Assembly: GCF_964355755.1 (NCBI RefSeq)
Contig: NC_092678.1
Span: 25,499,365 to 25,563,364 of the forward strand
From: Antedon mediterranea
Taxonomy: Eukaryota > Animalia > Echinodermata
DNA: 64,000 nt
Direction: 5' to 3'
Shown: positions 1 to 11,760 of the stretch, one piece after another
How positions within the stretch are numbered: the stretch's first letter is position 1
Layout of the letters: each line of letters begins with the position of its first letter
Notes under the pieces: generated by a model
Told to the model about the DNA's origin: nothing
Database searches by the model: none
Seen by the model: only the letters and a program-made list of their open reading frames with translations
Position numbers and translations under genes: made by a program

Positions 1-1140
1 AAACGGATTAGTAATCCGTTCAAACGAATTACTAATTCGTTCAAACGAATTAGTAATCCGTTTAAACGAATTAGTAATTTGTTTAAACAAATTAATAATT
101 TGTTTAAACGGATTATTAATCTGTTTGAACAAATTAGTAATTCGTTTGAACGAATTAGTAATCCGTTTAAACAAATTATTAATTTGTTTATACAAATTAA
201 TAATTTGTTCAAACGGATTACTAATTCGTTAGAACGAATTAGTAATTCGTTTGAACAAATTAGTAATCCGTTTAAACAAATTACTAATCCGTTTGAACGG
301 ATTCCTAATTCGTTTTAACAGATTATTAATCTGTTTAAACAAATTAGTAATTCGTTTGAACAGATTAGTAATCCGTTCAAACGAATTACAACATATTCTT
401 TAAATGGTACTTGTTGTATATGTTGCAATTGGTTTGAACGGATTACTAATTCGTTTGAACAGATTACTAATCCGTTCAAACGAATTACTAATTTGTTTAA
501 ACAGATTAATAATCTGTTCAAACGAATTAGGAATCCGTCCAAACGGATTAGTAATTTGTTTAAACGGATTACTAATCTGTTTAAACGAATTACTAATTCG
601 TTTAAACGAATTAGTAATCCGTTTAAACAAATTATTAATTTGTTTAAACAAATTACTAATTTGTTTAAACAGATTACTAATTCGTTCAAACGAATTACTA
701 ATTCGTTCAAACAGATTAGTAATCCGTTTAAACAAATTATTAATTTGTTTAAACAAATTATTAATTTGTTTAAACGGATTACTAATTCGTTTGAACGAAT
801 TAGTAATCCGTTTAAACAAATTATTAATTCGTTTAAACAAATTAGTAATCCGTTTAAACAAATTAGTAATTCGTTTGAACGAATTAATAATTCGTTTGAA
901 CAAATTAGTAATCCGTTTAAACAAATTAGTAATTCGTTTGAACGGATTAGTAATCCGTTTAAACGAATTACAACATATACTACTTTAAATGGCACTTGTT
1001 GTATATGTTGCAATTCGTTTGAACGGATTACTAATTCGTTTGAACAGATTATTAATCCGTTCAAACGAATTACTAATTCGTTAGAACGGATTACGTTCGA
1101 AAAACATATACTTAAAATGGCATTAATGGGCTTTCGTAGG
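1..1140. repeat. 21-bp quasi-palindromic tandem satellite (consensus about TCCGTTTAAACGAATTAGTAA), probably the interior and terminus of a non-autonomous element; continues beyond window start
   Basis: About 50 degenerate 21-bp units, interrupted twice (about 388-428 and 969-1013) by a related ACAACATA...TTGTTGTATATGTTGCAA spacer. A unique terminal segment at about 1096-1140 abuts the LINE fragment. It produces heptad-repeat ORFs on both strands. Confidence 0.9.
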
Positions 1141-1715
1141 AGTTCGAATATCAGCACCTAGTATTAATCGTGCAGCTCTATTTTGTACCCTTTGCAATTT
1201 TAAAATATGGGCGTTTGAACCAGTACCCCAGATTGTTGAACAATAGTCAATATGTGATAAAAATAGAGCATTGTATAATCTTTTAATAATTTTAGGAGAT
1301 GTAAAACTTTTCAATCTATAAAATAGATGTAGAATTTTTGATAGTTTTGCACATATAGAATCAATATGTACTTTCCATGAGAGTTGTTCATCAAATGTAA
1401 GTCCCAAATATTTAAACGTTTCAACTTTCTCAATCGGAATGTTATCAAAAATTACTGTTTCATCTGTTGTTTTATTAACACGTGCATGAGTACCAAAAAG
1501 CATGTATTTGGTTTTATCAATGTTTAGAGTTAATTTATGTTTATCTAACCATTGTTTTACATTTTCCAACTGTTCAGTTAAAACTGTTGTAAGCTCTTCA
1601 TTTGATTTACATGCATAAAAAAGCGCAGTGTCGTCTGCATAGAGGACTGTTTTACAAATCCCATCAACACTATCATGTAAGTCATTTATGTATAAAATAA
1701 ACAACAAAGGGCCAC
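1141..1715 (-). mobile_element. Truncated non-LTR retrotransposon (CR1/L2 group) reverse transcriptase fragment
   Basis: Minus-strand ORF reads GPLLFILYINDL...LYADDTALF...LNIDKTKYMLF...FKYLG...DYCSTIW...LQRVQNRAARLILG. These are classic RT core/thumb motifs. Truncated at both ends. Confidence 0.92.
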
Positions 1716-3236
1716 ACGTCTGCTCTTAACGACGACTACACTACTACTGATTGGTTTATGATAACATAATGGGCACTAGTTTGGTAGTGTGAATAGAGCT
1801 TTAGTTAGCACCATATTGTACCTCTTTATCAATCACTGCTAACTATTATTTAATACTTATTGTACCAGGCTGAGTATTACAGTCTAGGATTATCTTTCAA
1901 TTTTCCTCGACCTAGGGACAAGTGAGGTCAATTCATCGGTCGTCGTGTGGACCTAGAAACCAACAAATTAGCGTTACGAAGTGAGAAAGCATTTTTCCAT
2001 GCATGCGCACAATGACTTAACATAGGCCGTAGGTCGTCGCATATTTAGCTTCCTTGTAAACGGACCAATTACATTTAAATAAAACATAGTTGATCATTTG
2101 TATTGTAATCTATTTATAGTACTTGTATCCGTGACGACGTCTTATTGTTTGCATTTGATATTGGAAGTTTAATTTGGAAGCGTGTTTGTCATTTTAATTC
2201 AAACAGATTCTTAACATGATATATATTTTTTAATATATATATATTTTTTAAAATATCAAAACATTTAAATGACATTGGCAATTAGAACAAAACAGAGTGT
2301 ACATTTCTAGGCTGTGACTTATTGAAAATAAGTCTAACTAAAATCAATTGCATCTTTAACTTTTGGTACTTAAAAACATTTTTTGTGTATATAATTACAA
2401 TGGATTACATTGTGTGTATCTCAGTCAGTTATTAATAACCTTAATTCCAAAATCCTGCTTTGGTCCTAGAAGGAAATAAGTTAGGCTTGTGTTATAACGT
2501 ACATGCTCGGCCACTGTCGTCTGGGATGCCCTCCTGTAAATACGCCATCCACCTAAAAAGAGAATAATTTGTCATTATTGTTTAAAAATCATAGATGTTT
2601 TACAGCAGATTGTCGTAAAGCTTTGTTCCCACTACGACGCAATGCATGAACGTAGGCGCAATGCAAGCGAGTTGACCAATGACAAGTTACAGTTAATAAT
2701 CCATCGCTTGTGATTGGTCAGATCCCTTGTGTCTCTACAAAGCCTTAGTAACATACTTTTTGATATTTTGTACAAACATTTCAGAAAAAATAAAATGAAA
2801 CATCTCTACTTACTTCTTTTTAAGTTCTTTACATTCTGTTGATAAGTAGTAGATATTTTTACCAGATTTCTCAATTAATTTAAACGCAAATGGCCTGTCA
2901 ATGACGTCACCGCTATCGATGTCAGATATATTATAAAATGATAACGGAATAGATACAACGGCACGGACATCCTGTACAAATAACAATATGAATTAATTGA
3001 TCAAAATAAATTGTATGTTAATCAAGGAGAGTAAATGGGCACCGAACATATTCATAGTTTACTAGCAATTTTCAATAATTACATTTGCCGGAATGGCGAG
3101 AGCTTACGTGGTCAATTGTGTGTGTGTTTCTTTCTATATTTCTAAAAGTTATTAACCGATTTTCATAAGATTTTAAAGGTTGGTTTTATAGCTATATGGG
3201 AACATTATAGCATATTTTCATGTGCCTAGGCGAAGG

Positions 3237-3340
3237 TTAGTGTTCTCTTAGTGCTCTCTGAGTGCTCTCTGAGTGCCCTCTTAGTGCTCTCTGAGTGCCC
3301 TCTTAGTGCTCTCTGAGTGCCCTCTTAGTGCTCCCTGAGT
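3237..3340. repeat. 22-bp minisatellite (TTAGTGCTCTCTGAGTGCCCTC); shorter array in the paralogous copy at about 30634-30705
   Basis: Direct tandem units; copy number differs between the duplicated segments. Confidence 0.85.
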
Positions 3341-3702
3341 GGCGTTCTAGTTAAATATCGATTCATGTATTTCTCCAAGAACACTATATTATGTATAATC
3401 TTAATATTGGTGGAATTATTGTTTCTATTGTAAAATTTACCTTGGGTGCGCGAACCAAGTGTAGATCCTCAGCGGTCACTACAGCCCACAGTTTGTTCCA
3501 TCCGCTTTTTTGTTGTATAAACATTGTAGACCCAAACAGAGTGTCTTCCTCCGTAAAAGATAACTAAAAGGAAATAGTAATAGTATTTATTTATTTATTT
3601 AGATAAACTAGTTGTTCATTTTTATCTAAAATCTCTTTTTTGTAGTCAGGTCTCTGTTGTGTTCACATGCATATTATATCCAGAATAGTTTAACTATCAT
3701 TA

Positions 3703-3831
3703 AGCTCCGTCTTCACTATCAAAACTAGTTTGACAAAAAATGTTTGATGTGCCAAAATATGGTAGTGATATGACATCATCATGTCCATATATATATGCAC
3801 ATCACAATTATTTGATAGTGTCAACAGAGCT
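3703..3831. mobile_element. MITE family A (AGCTCTGTCTACACTATCAAACT...AGTTTGATAGTGTAGACAGAGCT); paralogous copy at 31067-31195
   Basis: Long TIRs and an internal GTGATGTGCCCAAATATGG motif; at least 9 copies in the window. Confidence 0.75.
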
Positions 3832-4139
3832 TTAGACAGTTGTGTTCACACCCATTCTATCCAGCGATACGTTTTTGATCAACCAGTTACAATGAACTTA
3901 TTGACGTTTGGTAGATACTTACTTTCTTTTCTTCCGGTGATAAAGGACTTTCCGCATCGATACCTTTCAGCTTTACATAGCATTTGCGGCAAACTCGGCC
4001 AGGCTTGTTGCTGTCGTATGCGAGCTCAGCCTGCTGATTTGAACATCTTGAACATACCACCTTATAAAATAAACAATTTTAAATAATGATACTTTTGATA
4101 GACATTTAAATACCACCACCACAAACTATTAAGTATCTA

Positions 4140-4295
4140 CTGTAGAACCCCCTCTTAGGGACCCCCTATAAGGGGACACTTTCTAGTTAAATAAACAATG
4201 GATAATAGATGTTTTAAAACTAGGGCCAACTGCTATTCAGGGGACACCTCTCTTGTTGTGGTTTCAAAGGTGTCCCCTTACCAACGGTTTTACTG
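4140..4295. mobile_element. Tc1/mariner-like MITE with TA flanks; paralogous copy at about 31504-31659
   Basis: TA|CTGTAGAACC...GGTTTTACTG|TA termini and internal GGGGACAC/GTGTCCCC inverted motifs. Confidence 0.7.
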
Positions 4296-6551
4296 TATCT
4301 GCCAACCTAAATCCATTGGTATAAAACTAAGTAAGTGACTTACCACTCCACATGCTCTACAATGGTGTCTACGGCGTGTCAGCCCAAAATCAAGAGCACA
4401 CCGCATACACATGGTTGCTTCGTCATCACGTATCCATCGAGGCGCACGCAAACCGAGATGAAAACTGTCCTCACCCGATTCGGTTACTGGCCGACTGTCC
4501 GTCTTAAAGAAAAAAATAAATAAAATTATTTTTTAAACACAGTAAAAATAAAGTGCTCTATAAACACAACCAAAATTATTATTTCAATGTATTTTAAAAT
4601 TGTAAAACAAATAGATTTTTAACAATTCTACATTGTTGAAAAAATAAATCAAACTTACTTCATCTTTATCTACTGATAACGCTTTAAACGTCTCTTTTCT
4701 TCTTAACAATTCTTGTATTGCACCGAGTATTGCCTGAAATAAATGTCAATAAAAGTTGGTGAATCAAATTCATGACTCAGAAATAGAAGGAGTTATAGGC
4801 ACATAATACAATTTGCTGTTGGTAAATACAATGTATAAAGTATCAAACCCCTGTTGCATCTGAACCTCTATTAAGGGGTGGGAAGATAATAATAATTTAG
4901 GTATTTGTATAGCACCAGAATCAACTACAGTACAGTAAACTGAAGTAAAAATCAAATAAAAATATTGGATGTTAAAAAGATACGGTTTAAGTTCTTTTTT
5001 TAAAAAATAGCAATAGAAGTTGATTTAGTAAAATGACGAGGGAAAGAATTCCAAAGAGAAGTATGTCTCCCCTTATTACTGGAATGTTCCAATGATCTTA
5101 CCCTCATCCATGATTCTTTCTCATCATCTGAACTCCCTTGTAACTCCAAAGTCTTTTGTTTGCTCTCGAGTCTAAATGTATGGTCATATTTGCTGTTTTC
5201 TCCATCAAAAATCTAGAAATATTATACAGTTACATTATTAAAAGTTTTACAGTACTATACTTTATGTTTCTGAAGAAAAGTATAAAATACAACATTTTAG
5301 TTTTCCCATAATAATGGCATTTTGAAAAAGAAATTATAAAATTGAAGCTGGGGTATATCCTGTCTTTAATGAGGGTCGGTGGGTCAAGAAAGTTAAGTCA
5401 TTAACTTTATTAATATTGTTTAATATTTTATGAGGATAACAGACAATCTAAACATATTTTATAACTTTTTTCAGACTTTAGGCCGAAGAAAGAGAAACAT
5501 AAAAAGGAGAAGCTACACATGGGCAATACCATACATCATTGAGGGCCTCTTCAAGTCAGCTGTACTGCTGTAGTACAACTGTTAAGGCTACCCTTGTAAA
5601 ACATAGTTGAATAAATAAAATAAATATATACCTTCATTCCATCGATGTCTAACCGAGCCTTCACTTTGTAACTTGACGTTCCTCCTGTGATTAGCTTTCG
5701 ATTCTGAGTGCAGAACAGGACATCATTAAACTGAAATTAAAATCAATTGGTTAGTTCAAGAGGTCATGTTTAATTCCATGGTATAGTTTTAATTGCAAGC
5801 TTACTGTTTGCGCGTTTGTAGAGATGGTGCGGACTAGCGAACTTAAGTACCACTTACCAGGAACAGATATCGTTCCTGTTGGTCACCACTTCTTGCTGCT
5901 ATCTTTGTGATCTTTCCTTCTTTCAAAAACTCTCTTGTGGGGTCGATGATGTCCTCACCATCAATCATTTCATTAATCTTTAAAAGTTTCTGAAATTTAT
6001 CCTAAAGAAAAAAAAATTATATGTAGACAGTTAAAAATAAGTTTATGAAGAAACAATTGACTTAAGTCAAAACTACTAGGATACTTAAGTTTATTACTTA
6101 CCATGCTTTTCATGAAATCATTGGAATGTTGGGCTGCTGCTGAGATTAAGTCAAGCGCTTCTGAAAAGACAATGTAACGTTACATTAAAGTAGTGTACTT
6201 TTACCACTCAACATTAATTAATAGTAGGATAATGTTAGAGGGCTTGTAGTGTATGAGCTTACATTAATGTTATTTCAAGTAAGTACTTAAAGTAGTGTAC
6301 TTTTACCATTAAGTATTAGTCATTTTAATATTTCCGATAATGTTAGGGATCTATTAATTGTAGTGTATATAACTAGCACTTACTACAGGCATCTGTTTTA
6401 TCCTCTGAGTCTCCTGGAAGTTTTTTAAGGTAATCTGAAAAATTTAAAAAAAAGAATCCATATTTTCTATAAACCTCTAAACTGAACACCATACACATTT
6501 TAAGCATCAGTTAAACTTTCTTAATCTGTTTCATGCTGTTTTAGGCCTAAT

Positions 6552-6743
6552 ACGCCTCTCTCCACCCAGGTGTATAAATGGGAACCCTGTTAGATCAAGA
6601 CACAACTTTGCGTTGATTACTAGCTGCATTATGGGAGTATGTTTCCATACGTGTTTGATCCAAAAAATGACTGGGGGTAATAATGTTCAGCGCTGAGAGG
6701 TTTCACAACATTAGGCACTATATTAATCCAGGATATTATTATT
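6552..6743 (+). mobile_element. 3' half of a SINE with Deu/Nin-type conserved core and L2-like (ATT)n tail; paralogous copy at about 34151-34345
   Basis: CTCTCCACCCAGGTGTATAAATGGG core and a ...AATCCAGGATATTATTATT tail. The same tail is on the minus strand at about 8270-8325. Confidence 0.6.
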
Positions 6744-7072
6744 GGCAAATATAACAAAGGTTACTGACCTCTTAGTAACAATTGGTATCGTGGTACTCTC
6801 TGTACAGGTTCTAACATATGATGTTGTAAAGACAGATGATGGCATAATGGATCCGCCTGTTGAAGACAAAACAAGTAATATTACGAATAATTATATTTAT
6901 TGAAATATTTTAATTATACTGTGCAACCACTTCAGACAAAGAGCCCAGCTATGATCAGTGGCTGTGATGTACTCCAGGGTAACCCCCTACTCGTCTAAAA
7001 AAATGTACTAGGTTCTTTAAAATGCACATGAGCTACAGTAGATGTGTACACTGGACTACGGTTTATAGTCCT

Positions 7073-7760
7073 TGTAGAAGCCATTGCTTCTAGTTTAATT
7101 AATATTGGGCAAAATATTTGGTTTTCTGTGGCAACCTATTGCAATATGAGGAGGTTGCATGGTAACAGGAAGACAGGATTTAAGAGGTTAGTTGGAGATT
7201 ATAAGAGATAAATAGAGAGAGATTTTAGAAAGTTTTTGTATAAATTACTGAACCATAAGCCAGGGAAAGTTTACAGAATTCGGTAAGCTAGGCCTAGATA
7301 ACTTTGTTTTAACTTTCAGGGACCATCTCATAAGTGAGATATACCTGTTGCTTCTATGAAAGCATTACAGTTTATATGCTTGTTCTTTGGTTAAATTGTT
7401 GTTTGAATAGCTAATATTTATGCTCATATTATAATAGTAATAGTAATACTGGACAACAATTATGCATTATTATAGAAGACTGTATTAATTGCAGTTGTTG
7501 CTGATGGATCAATGTTAATATTATCATTCTGTCAATTGTTTAAATAGGTCATGTTAAACCAGTTTTAAATTAAGAACCAAGAACTTTATATATAATTAAT
7601 AGTTAACCATACTATTTAGTATTATGTCATTTTTATTGTTTCACAGTTAATCAACTCTATCACGGTATTGGTAAATAAAGACTTAATATAAAGGAAGCAT
7701 ATAACCGTGTGATATTTCGATTCTCGACTCATATATTTCTCTGGACCCTCGACAGTAATA
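7073..7760 (+). mobile_element. Probable solo LTR (688 bp) inserted in a SINE
   Basis: Absent from the paralogous site at about 34690. Flanked by GTCCT duplication (7068-7072 / 7761-7765), starts TGT, and has AATAAAGAC near 7674. It ends ATA rather than ACA; a 9-bp ATAGTCCTT TSD parse is also possible. Confidence 0.6.
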
Positions 7761-7894
7761 GTCCTTATCCAAAAAGACTCGCTTTGGACTAGATGTTACC
7801 TTTCAATAACATGCTTCTCCTCTAAGGGTCTTGTCATGTCCTGCAGCCATTTACGGCGCTCTCTCGACACAGTGGCCGAGTGTGTGTACTAGTA

Positions 7895-8080
7895 CACAGG
7901 GTAACCACCTACTCGTCTCGAAAGATGTACTAGGATTTTAAAAGTGCACACACAATGTGTATACACTGGACCTATGGTTTATAGTTCTTATTTGAGAAGA
8001 CTTGTTCTACCACCAGAACCATGGAGCGAGTGAGCCTCATACCCTTGCCGATGTTATGGCTGGGTTACGGTTCCACTGTT
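7895..8080 (-). mobile_element. tRNA-derived SINE fragment, MetaSINE-like
   Basis: Same body as 38185-38482 (ACACTGGACCTATGGTTTATAGT...GAGAAGAC...CCTTGCCGATG). Confidence 0.75.
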
Positions 8081-8830
8081 CCACTGAACAAATGTGTTAA
8101 TCGTAAAACAAAAATCTATTAATAATTATACTGTAATACAATTATATTTGAAATATTAACCATTAATTATTATTTAAATATTATATTAACCTCATCCTTC
8201 TAAGAAATTAATTATTGATTTTTAATGTACTACTGTTAGTATTGTACTACATAAATAATGATAATACTGTAATAATATCCTGGATTTATATAGCGCCTAA
8301 TGTTGTGAAACCTAGCGCTGTACATAAACTAATACAATAAAAGGAATTCCAACCATGCCAAAAAAAAACCCAAACCGAAGCTCAGCCATTACGCCATTCT
8401 GCTTTAATCGTCCTCCAGTTTTATAATATACTGTACCGCAAACTTTATATCAAAACAAATCGTGACCCATACAAGAACCACTTCAAAATTATGTTTCGTA
8501 GAAAACGAACGAAAACCAATATTATTGTATATTGAAATTAATAATTTATTTCAATTTGTGTCGAATATCAGATCGGAAATTAATTTACGGATGTACAGTA
8601 TGCCAACTTGTAATTTAATCTTGATATAACACATTTTAATTTGTTGTTTTCTTTAAAAAAGATGTGTGAGGAAATAATTGTTTTAATGTAGTATAAACAA
8701 AAATTCTATGTATTAGTAATTACACATTATTAACTAGTAATTAGGCTAAATAGTTTGAAGTTCCTCAATATGCGGTTTTGCTGTTGGTATAAATACTGTT
8801 AGTGTTAGGGACAGACAGATAACAACAAGA

Positions 8831-10603
8831 ATGGCAGAGGAGATGGATAGTATGTATATAGAAGTAACAGCCAGGGAGGAGATACAGAGTAAAGAGAAAG
8901 GAATGGCCAAGTGTCAATATAGTGATGTTGATGCAGTTCCTCCTGGAAAACAAGTGGTGGTTGTACAGCAGAAGCAACACCATGTTTCACTTGGTATTGC
9001 CGTTGCATGTGTCATTCTTGTATGTATTGTAGTAGCAGTTTTCAGTATGATGACTATCCAGTCACATAAATCCTTCATCGAGCATCTTACAAGAATCGAA
9101 ATAAGCAGGTACAATTTGACTGAATACATTACAATGCCTAAAGGTAGGCTTTTTTTTTATACTCTTTAAACACAACTTTAAACAGAAGTTTTAACAAACT
9201 TGCTGCAATTTTTTTTTAAGATCTCAGATATTTAAAAAAATGTTTTTTCCTCTTTAATAATGAAGGTGATTTACTTGATGTGTATAGAAGGCAGGTATAA
9301 ATGCACTGCAAAGTGGAATACCAGGCTCTTATTGGGTTGTAAATGGGACTAAAATGTGCTCTGTCAAATTGTCCCAGCTTAGTTAGAACTTCAAAATAGC
9401 AGTTATAGTTACAAGCCAAGCAGGAGTGCATACAAAACGAAGACTCATGTTTTTTTTTTATGTTATTCAAATTATAAAACAAAGGCTAACACAATGACAC
9501 AATTTCGAACTTTTCAGAAATTTGGGTACGAGATAATCAAGGATCTTCATTTTGTATGCCCCCATATAAGATGTGTACAAAACGAAGACCCTTGATTATC
9601 TCGCACCCAAATTTCTGAAAAAGTTCGAAATTGTGTTATTGTGTTAGCCTGGTGTGTTATTCAAATAAAATAATTTTTGGTTCTTCGGTCTTCGTTTTGT
9701 ATGCACCCCCAAGCAGGATGTTGTGTGGTCTGTAACTAATTTGATTATAATTGGTTGAATTTGAAATTAATACAAAAAAAATGATCGGCCAAATGTCAAC
9801 CAGGGATCAAAATCAAGAATCGCAAATAATTTTGTATTAACATTATAAATCATTTTTGTAAAATTTATAGTTCATACTTTATACACACGTTGGGGGCGCA
9901 TGGATTGTCCAAGTACTGCTGAATTAGTATACAAAGGTATTTTAATAAAATATTATTTAAAATAAAATTGTAATTTTTGAAAGAAAAATAATATCAATTT
10001 GAGTATTCATCAGTAAATGAAGATGATACCTATCAAGGTAATATTATATTATAGTCCCAATATACAGTATAGGGTTTATTTATATTTCTAGGTGTCATGT
10101 CTGGTGCACCATCGAGTGATACTGGGAGTGGTACAAACTATCTTTGTTTACCTGACCAACCACGATACAATGTTACAATGGCTGGCTATCAAGTGCCAAG
10201 AGGATCAATTTCTGCTGTGGAATTCAGGGAATACACAAAAACGTTTAATCCAACAAAACATCTCCATGGCCTAAACTTTCCTTGCGCCGTTTGCCAAGCC
10301 CCACGAAGCGTCTCGTTACTTTTACCAGCGCATACTAAATGCCCAATTGGTTGGATTACAGAGTTTAGTGGATATATGATGGCTTCTGCAAAAATCCAAA
10401 AACGTGCAGAATTCGTCTGCGTAGATGAAAGTCCATCTTACATAAATGGTTCAGATAAACCTGATGGTGATGCAGACGATCAATCGGCCAGCAAGCTATT
10501 TCATGTTGAGGGCCGATGCAATGCAGAAGCTGCAGTTGGAGGGTTGCCTTGTCCACCGTATGTTGATGGTTACGAGTTGACTTGTGCAATTTGTACACAG
10601 TAA
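8831..10603 (+). CDS. Type II membrane protein with short-chain collagen C4-like (NC1/spongin-type) C-terminal domain, copy 1, about 296 aa
   Basis: Exons 8831-9143, 9871-9936 and 10092-10603 with GT-AG, phase 1/1 introns and an open frame. TM is VSLGIAVACVILVCIVVAVFSMMTI. Domain motifs are YTRWGRxDCP, ELVYKG, GSGxNYLCLP, PCAVC, CPxGW, GYMM, EFVCVD, ELTCAICT. Confidence 0.88.
9428..9705. repeat. Long palindrome (foldback/MITE-like) in intron 1 of copy 1; paralogue at about 24046-24313
   Basis: Arms AGGCTAACACAAT..TTTCGAAC..CAGAAATTTGGGT..GAGATAATCAAGG and their reverse complement surround an 18-bp centre. Confidence 0.8.
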
Positions 10604-10827
10604 TTTTGTTAACTTTGACACTGTAATGGCGATACAGGTATCATAGGGTCTTGCATGCCAATTTGTATCCTTCATTTTTATTAGTTCGTTGCAAGGGGTC
10701 TTGCGCAAACTTGTGTAGTTTTTTTCTCTTTTGTGAGGGCAACCCACTTTTATTGCAATGATAAACAATATGGTGAAGGTTACAGTATAATATATATCTA
10801 TCTATCTATTTATCAATGAATATTTAA

Positions 10828-11453
10828 AGCCCCATTCCCTACGTTTTTTAGATCTAATTTAAGATCACAAACTATATTTAATGTAAAAATAATACTATAT
10901 GGTCCTATTGCAATAACTTTTTTCGTCTTTAAACGGTTAAAAATGTGAAAAATAAATCGATTTTAATAATTATAGCGGCCCGCTATAAATCCCAAAATGC
11001 ATTGCGCGCGGATTGATATTGTTGTTTTTCACCTGTAATTCGCCCACTTTTCGATCGATCGTGAAGCCAAAACAAATGGAAGACTCCTAACTTTTCAGCG
11101 AAAATACCGGGTTTTCCCCAATTTGTATCAACGGAGTCTGGCAAAAATAGAAAGATAATTAATGCAGCAACTATACAACGTCAGGCTAGGTATATAGCTA
11201 GCGTACGATGTTCGTACGTTACCGATGTTTACCAGCTAGGCCTACAAAACTAAGCCTAGCTAGGCTAGGCCTGAGACCATCCACGAGAGGTCGATCGCCG
11301 CGAGCTACTTAGGTAGTGCATTGTTTCTCACTTTTTATCATAATTTACCATAAAACGTACATTTAAGACAAGGAATGACATGGTTTAATGTTTTTAAAGT
11401 GATATATATGTATTATTTTCCAAAAAACGTCCAAAATTGCAGGGAAGGGGTCT
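10828..11453. mobile_element. Non-autonomous DNA transposon with TTAA target site (Kolobok-like)
   Basis: TTAA|AGCCCCATTCCCTAC ... GCAGGGAAGGGGTCT|TTAA imperfect TIRs. Confidence 0.75.
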
Positions 11454-11760
11454 TTAAGTGATACTGTATTACACAGACAGAGGTTAAAAGATTATATAAA
11501 ATATTTTGATATTGTGTTGAAATCTAGATAAAACAAACATGTATGCAGAGAAAATTTATATTACAGAGCTAAAACGATATAAAGATTGATATTCAGTATT
11601 AAAAGGAGATTCGATATAATATAAATATATATGATAAAATGGTATATTGCATTATAATAAGATTATGTTTTGTTTGAATACTTTTATAAAATTGTATAGT
11701 TTTACATTTTGAACATAATATTGCTTTTATTATTTATATGATAAAATAACAAACTAATAA

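Larger units (their letters stand above)
2492..6856 (-). pseudogene. Partial (5'-truncated) duplicate of the FGD gene: last 12 exons (end of DH, PH, FYVE, PH2), frames and splice sites intact
   Basis: Exons 6769-6856, 6384-6434, 6102-6160, 5858-6001, 5632-5730, 5102-5212, 4659-4733, 4344-4502, 3923-4060, 3441-3563, 2814-2971 and 2492-2552 match exons at 29889-34458. No upstream DH exons follow. Status (pseudogene, truncated gene or haplotype duplicate) is unresolved. Confidence 0.8.
1770..7781 (+). repeat. Segmental duplication of 29147-34705 (direct orientation)
   Basis: Near-identical sequence starts at TGGGCACTAGTTTGG (1770 / 29147) and ends at ATCCAAAAAGACTCG (7781 / 34705). There are small indels and an extra insertion at 7073-7760. 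Confidence 0.95.

Noticed and set aside
79-1161. Long heptad-repeat ORFs on both strands (FKRITNS / LNGLLIR)
   Set aside because: They are by-products of a 21-bp palindromic satellite, with overlapping ORFs in several frames and no gene structure.
3781-4086. 101-aa plus-strand ORF, repeated at 31145-31450
   Set aside because: It starts in a MITE and is antisense to a FYVE exon; its conservation is due to the recent duplication.
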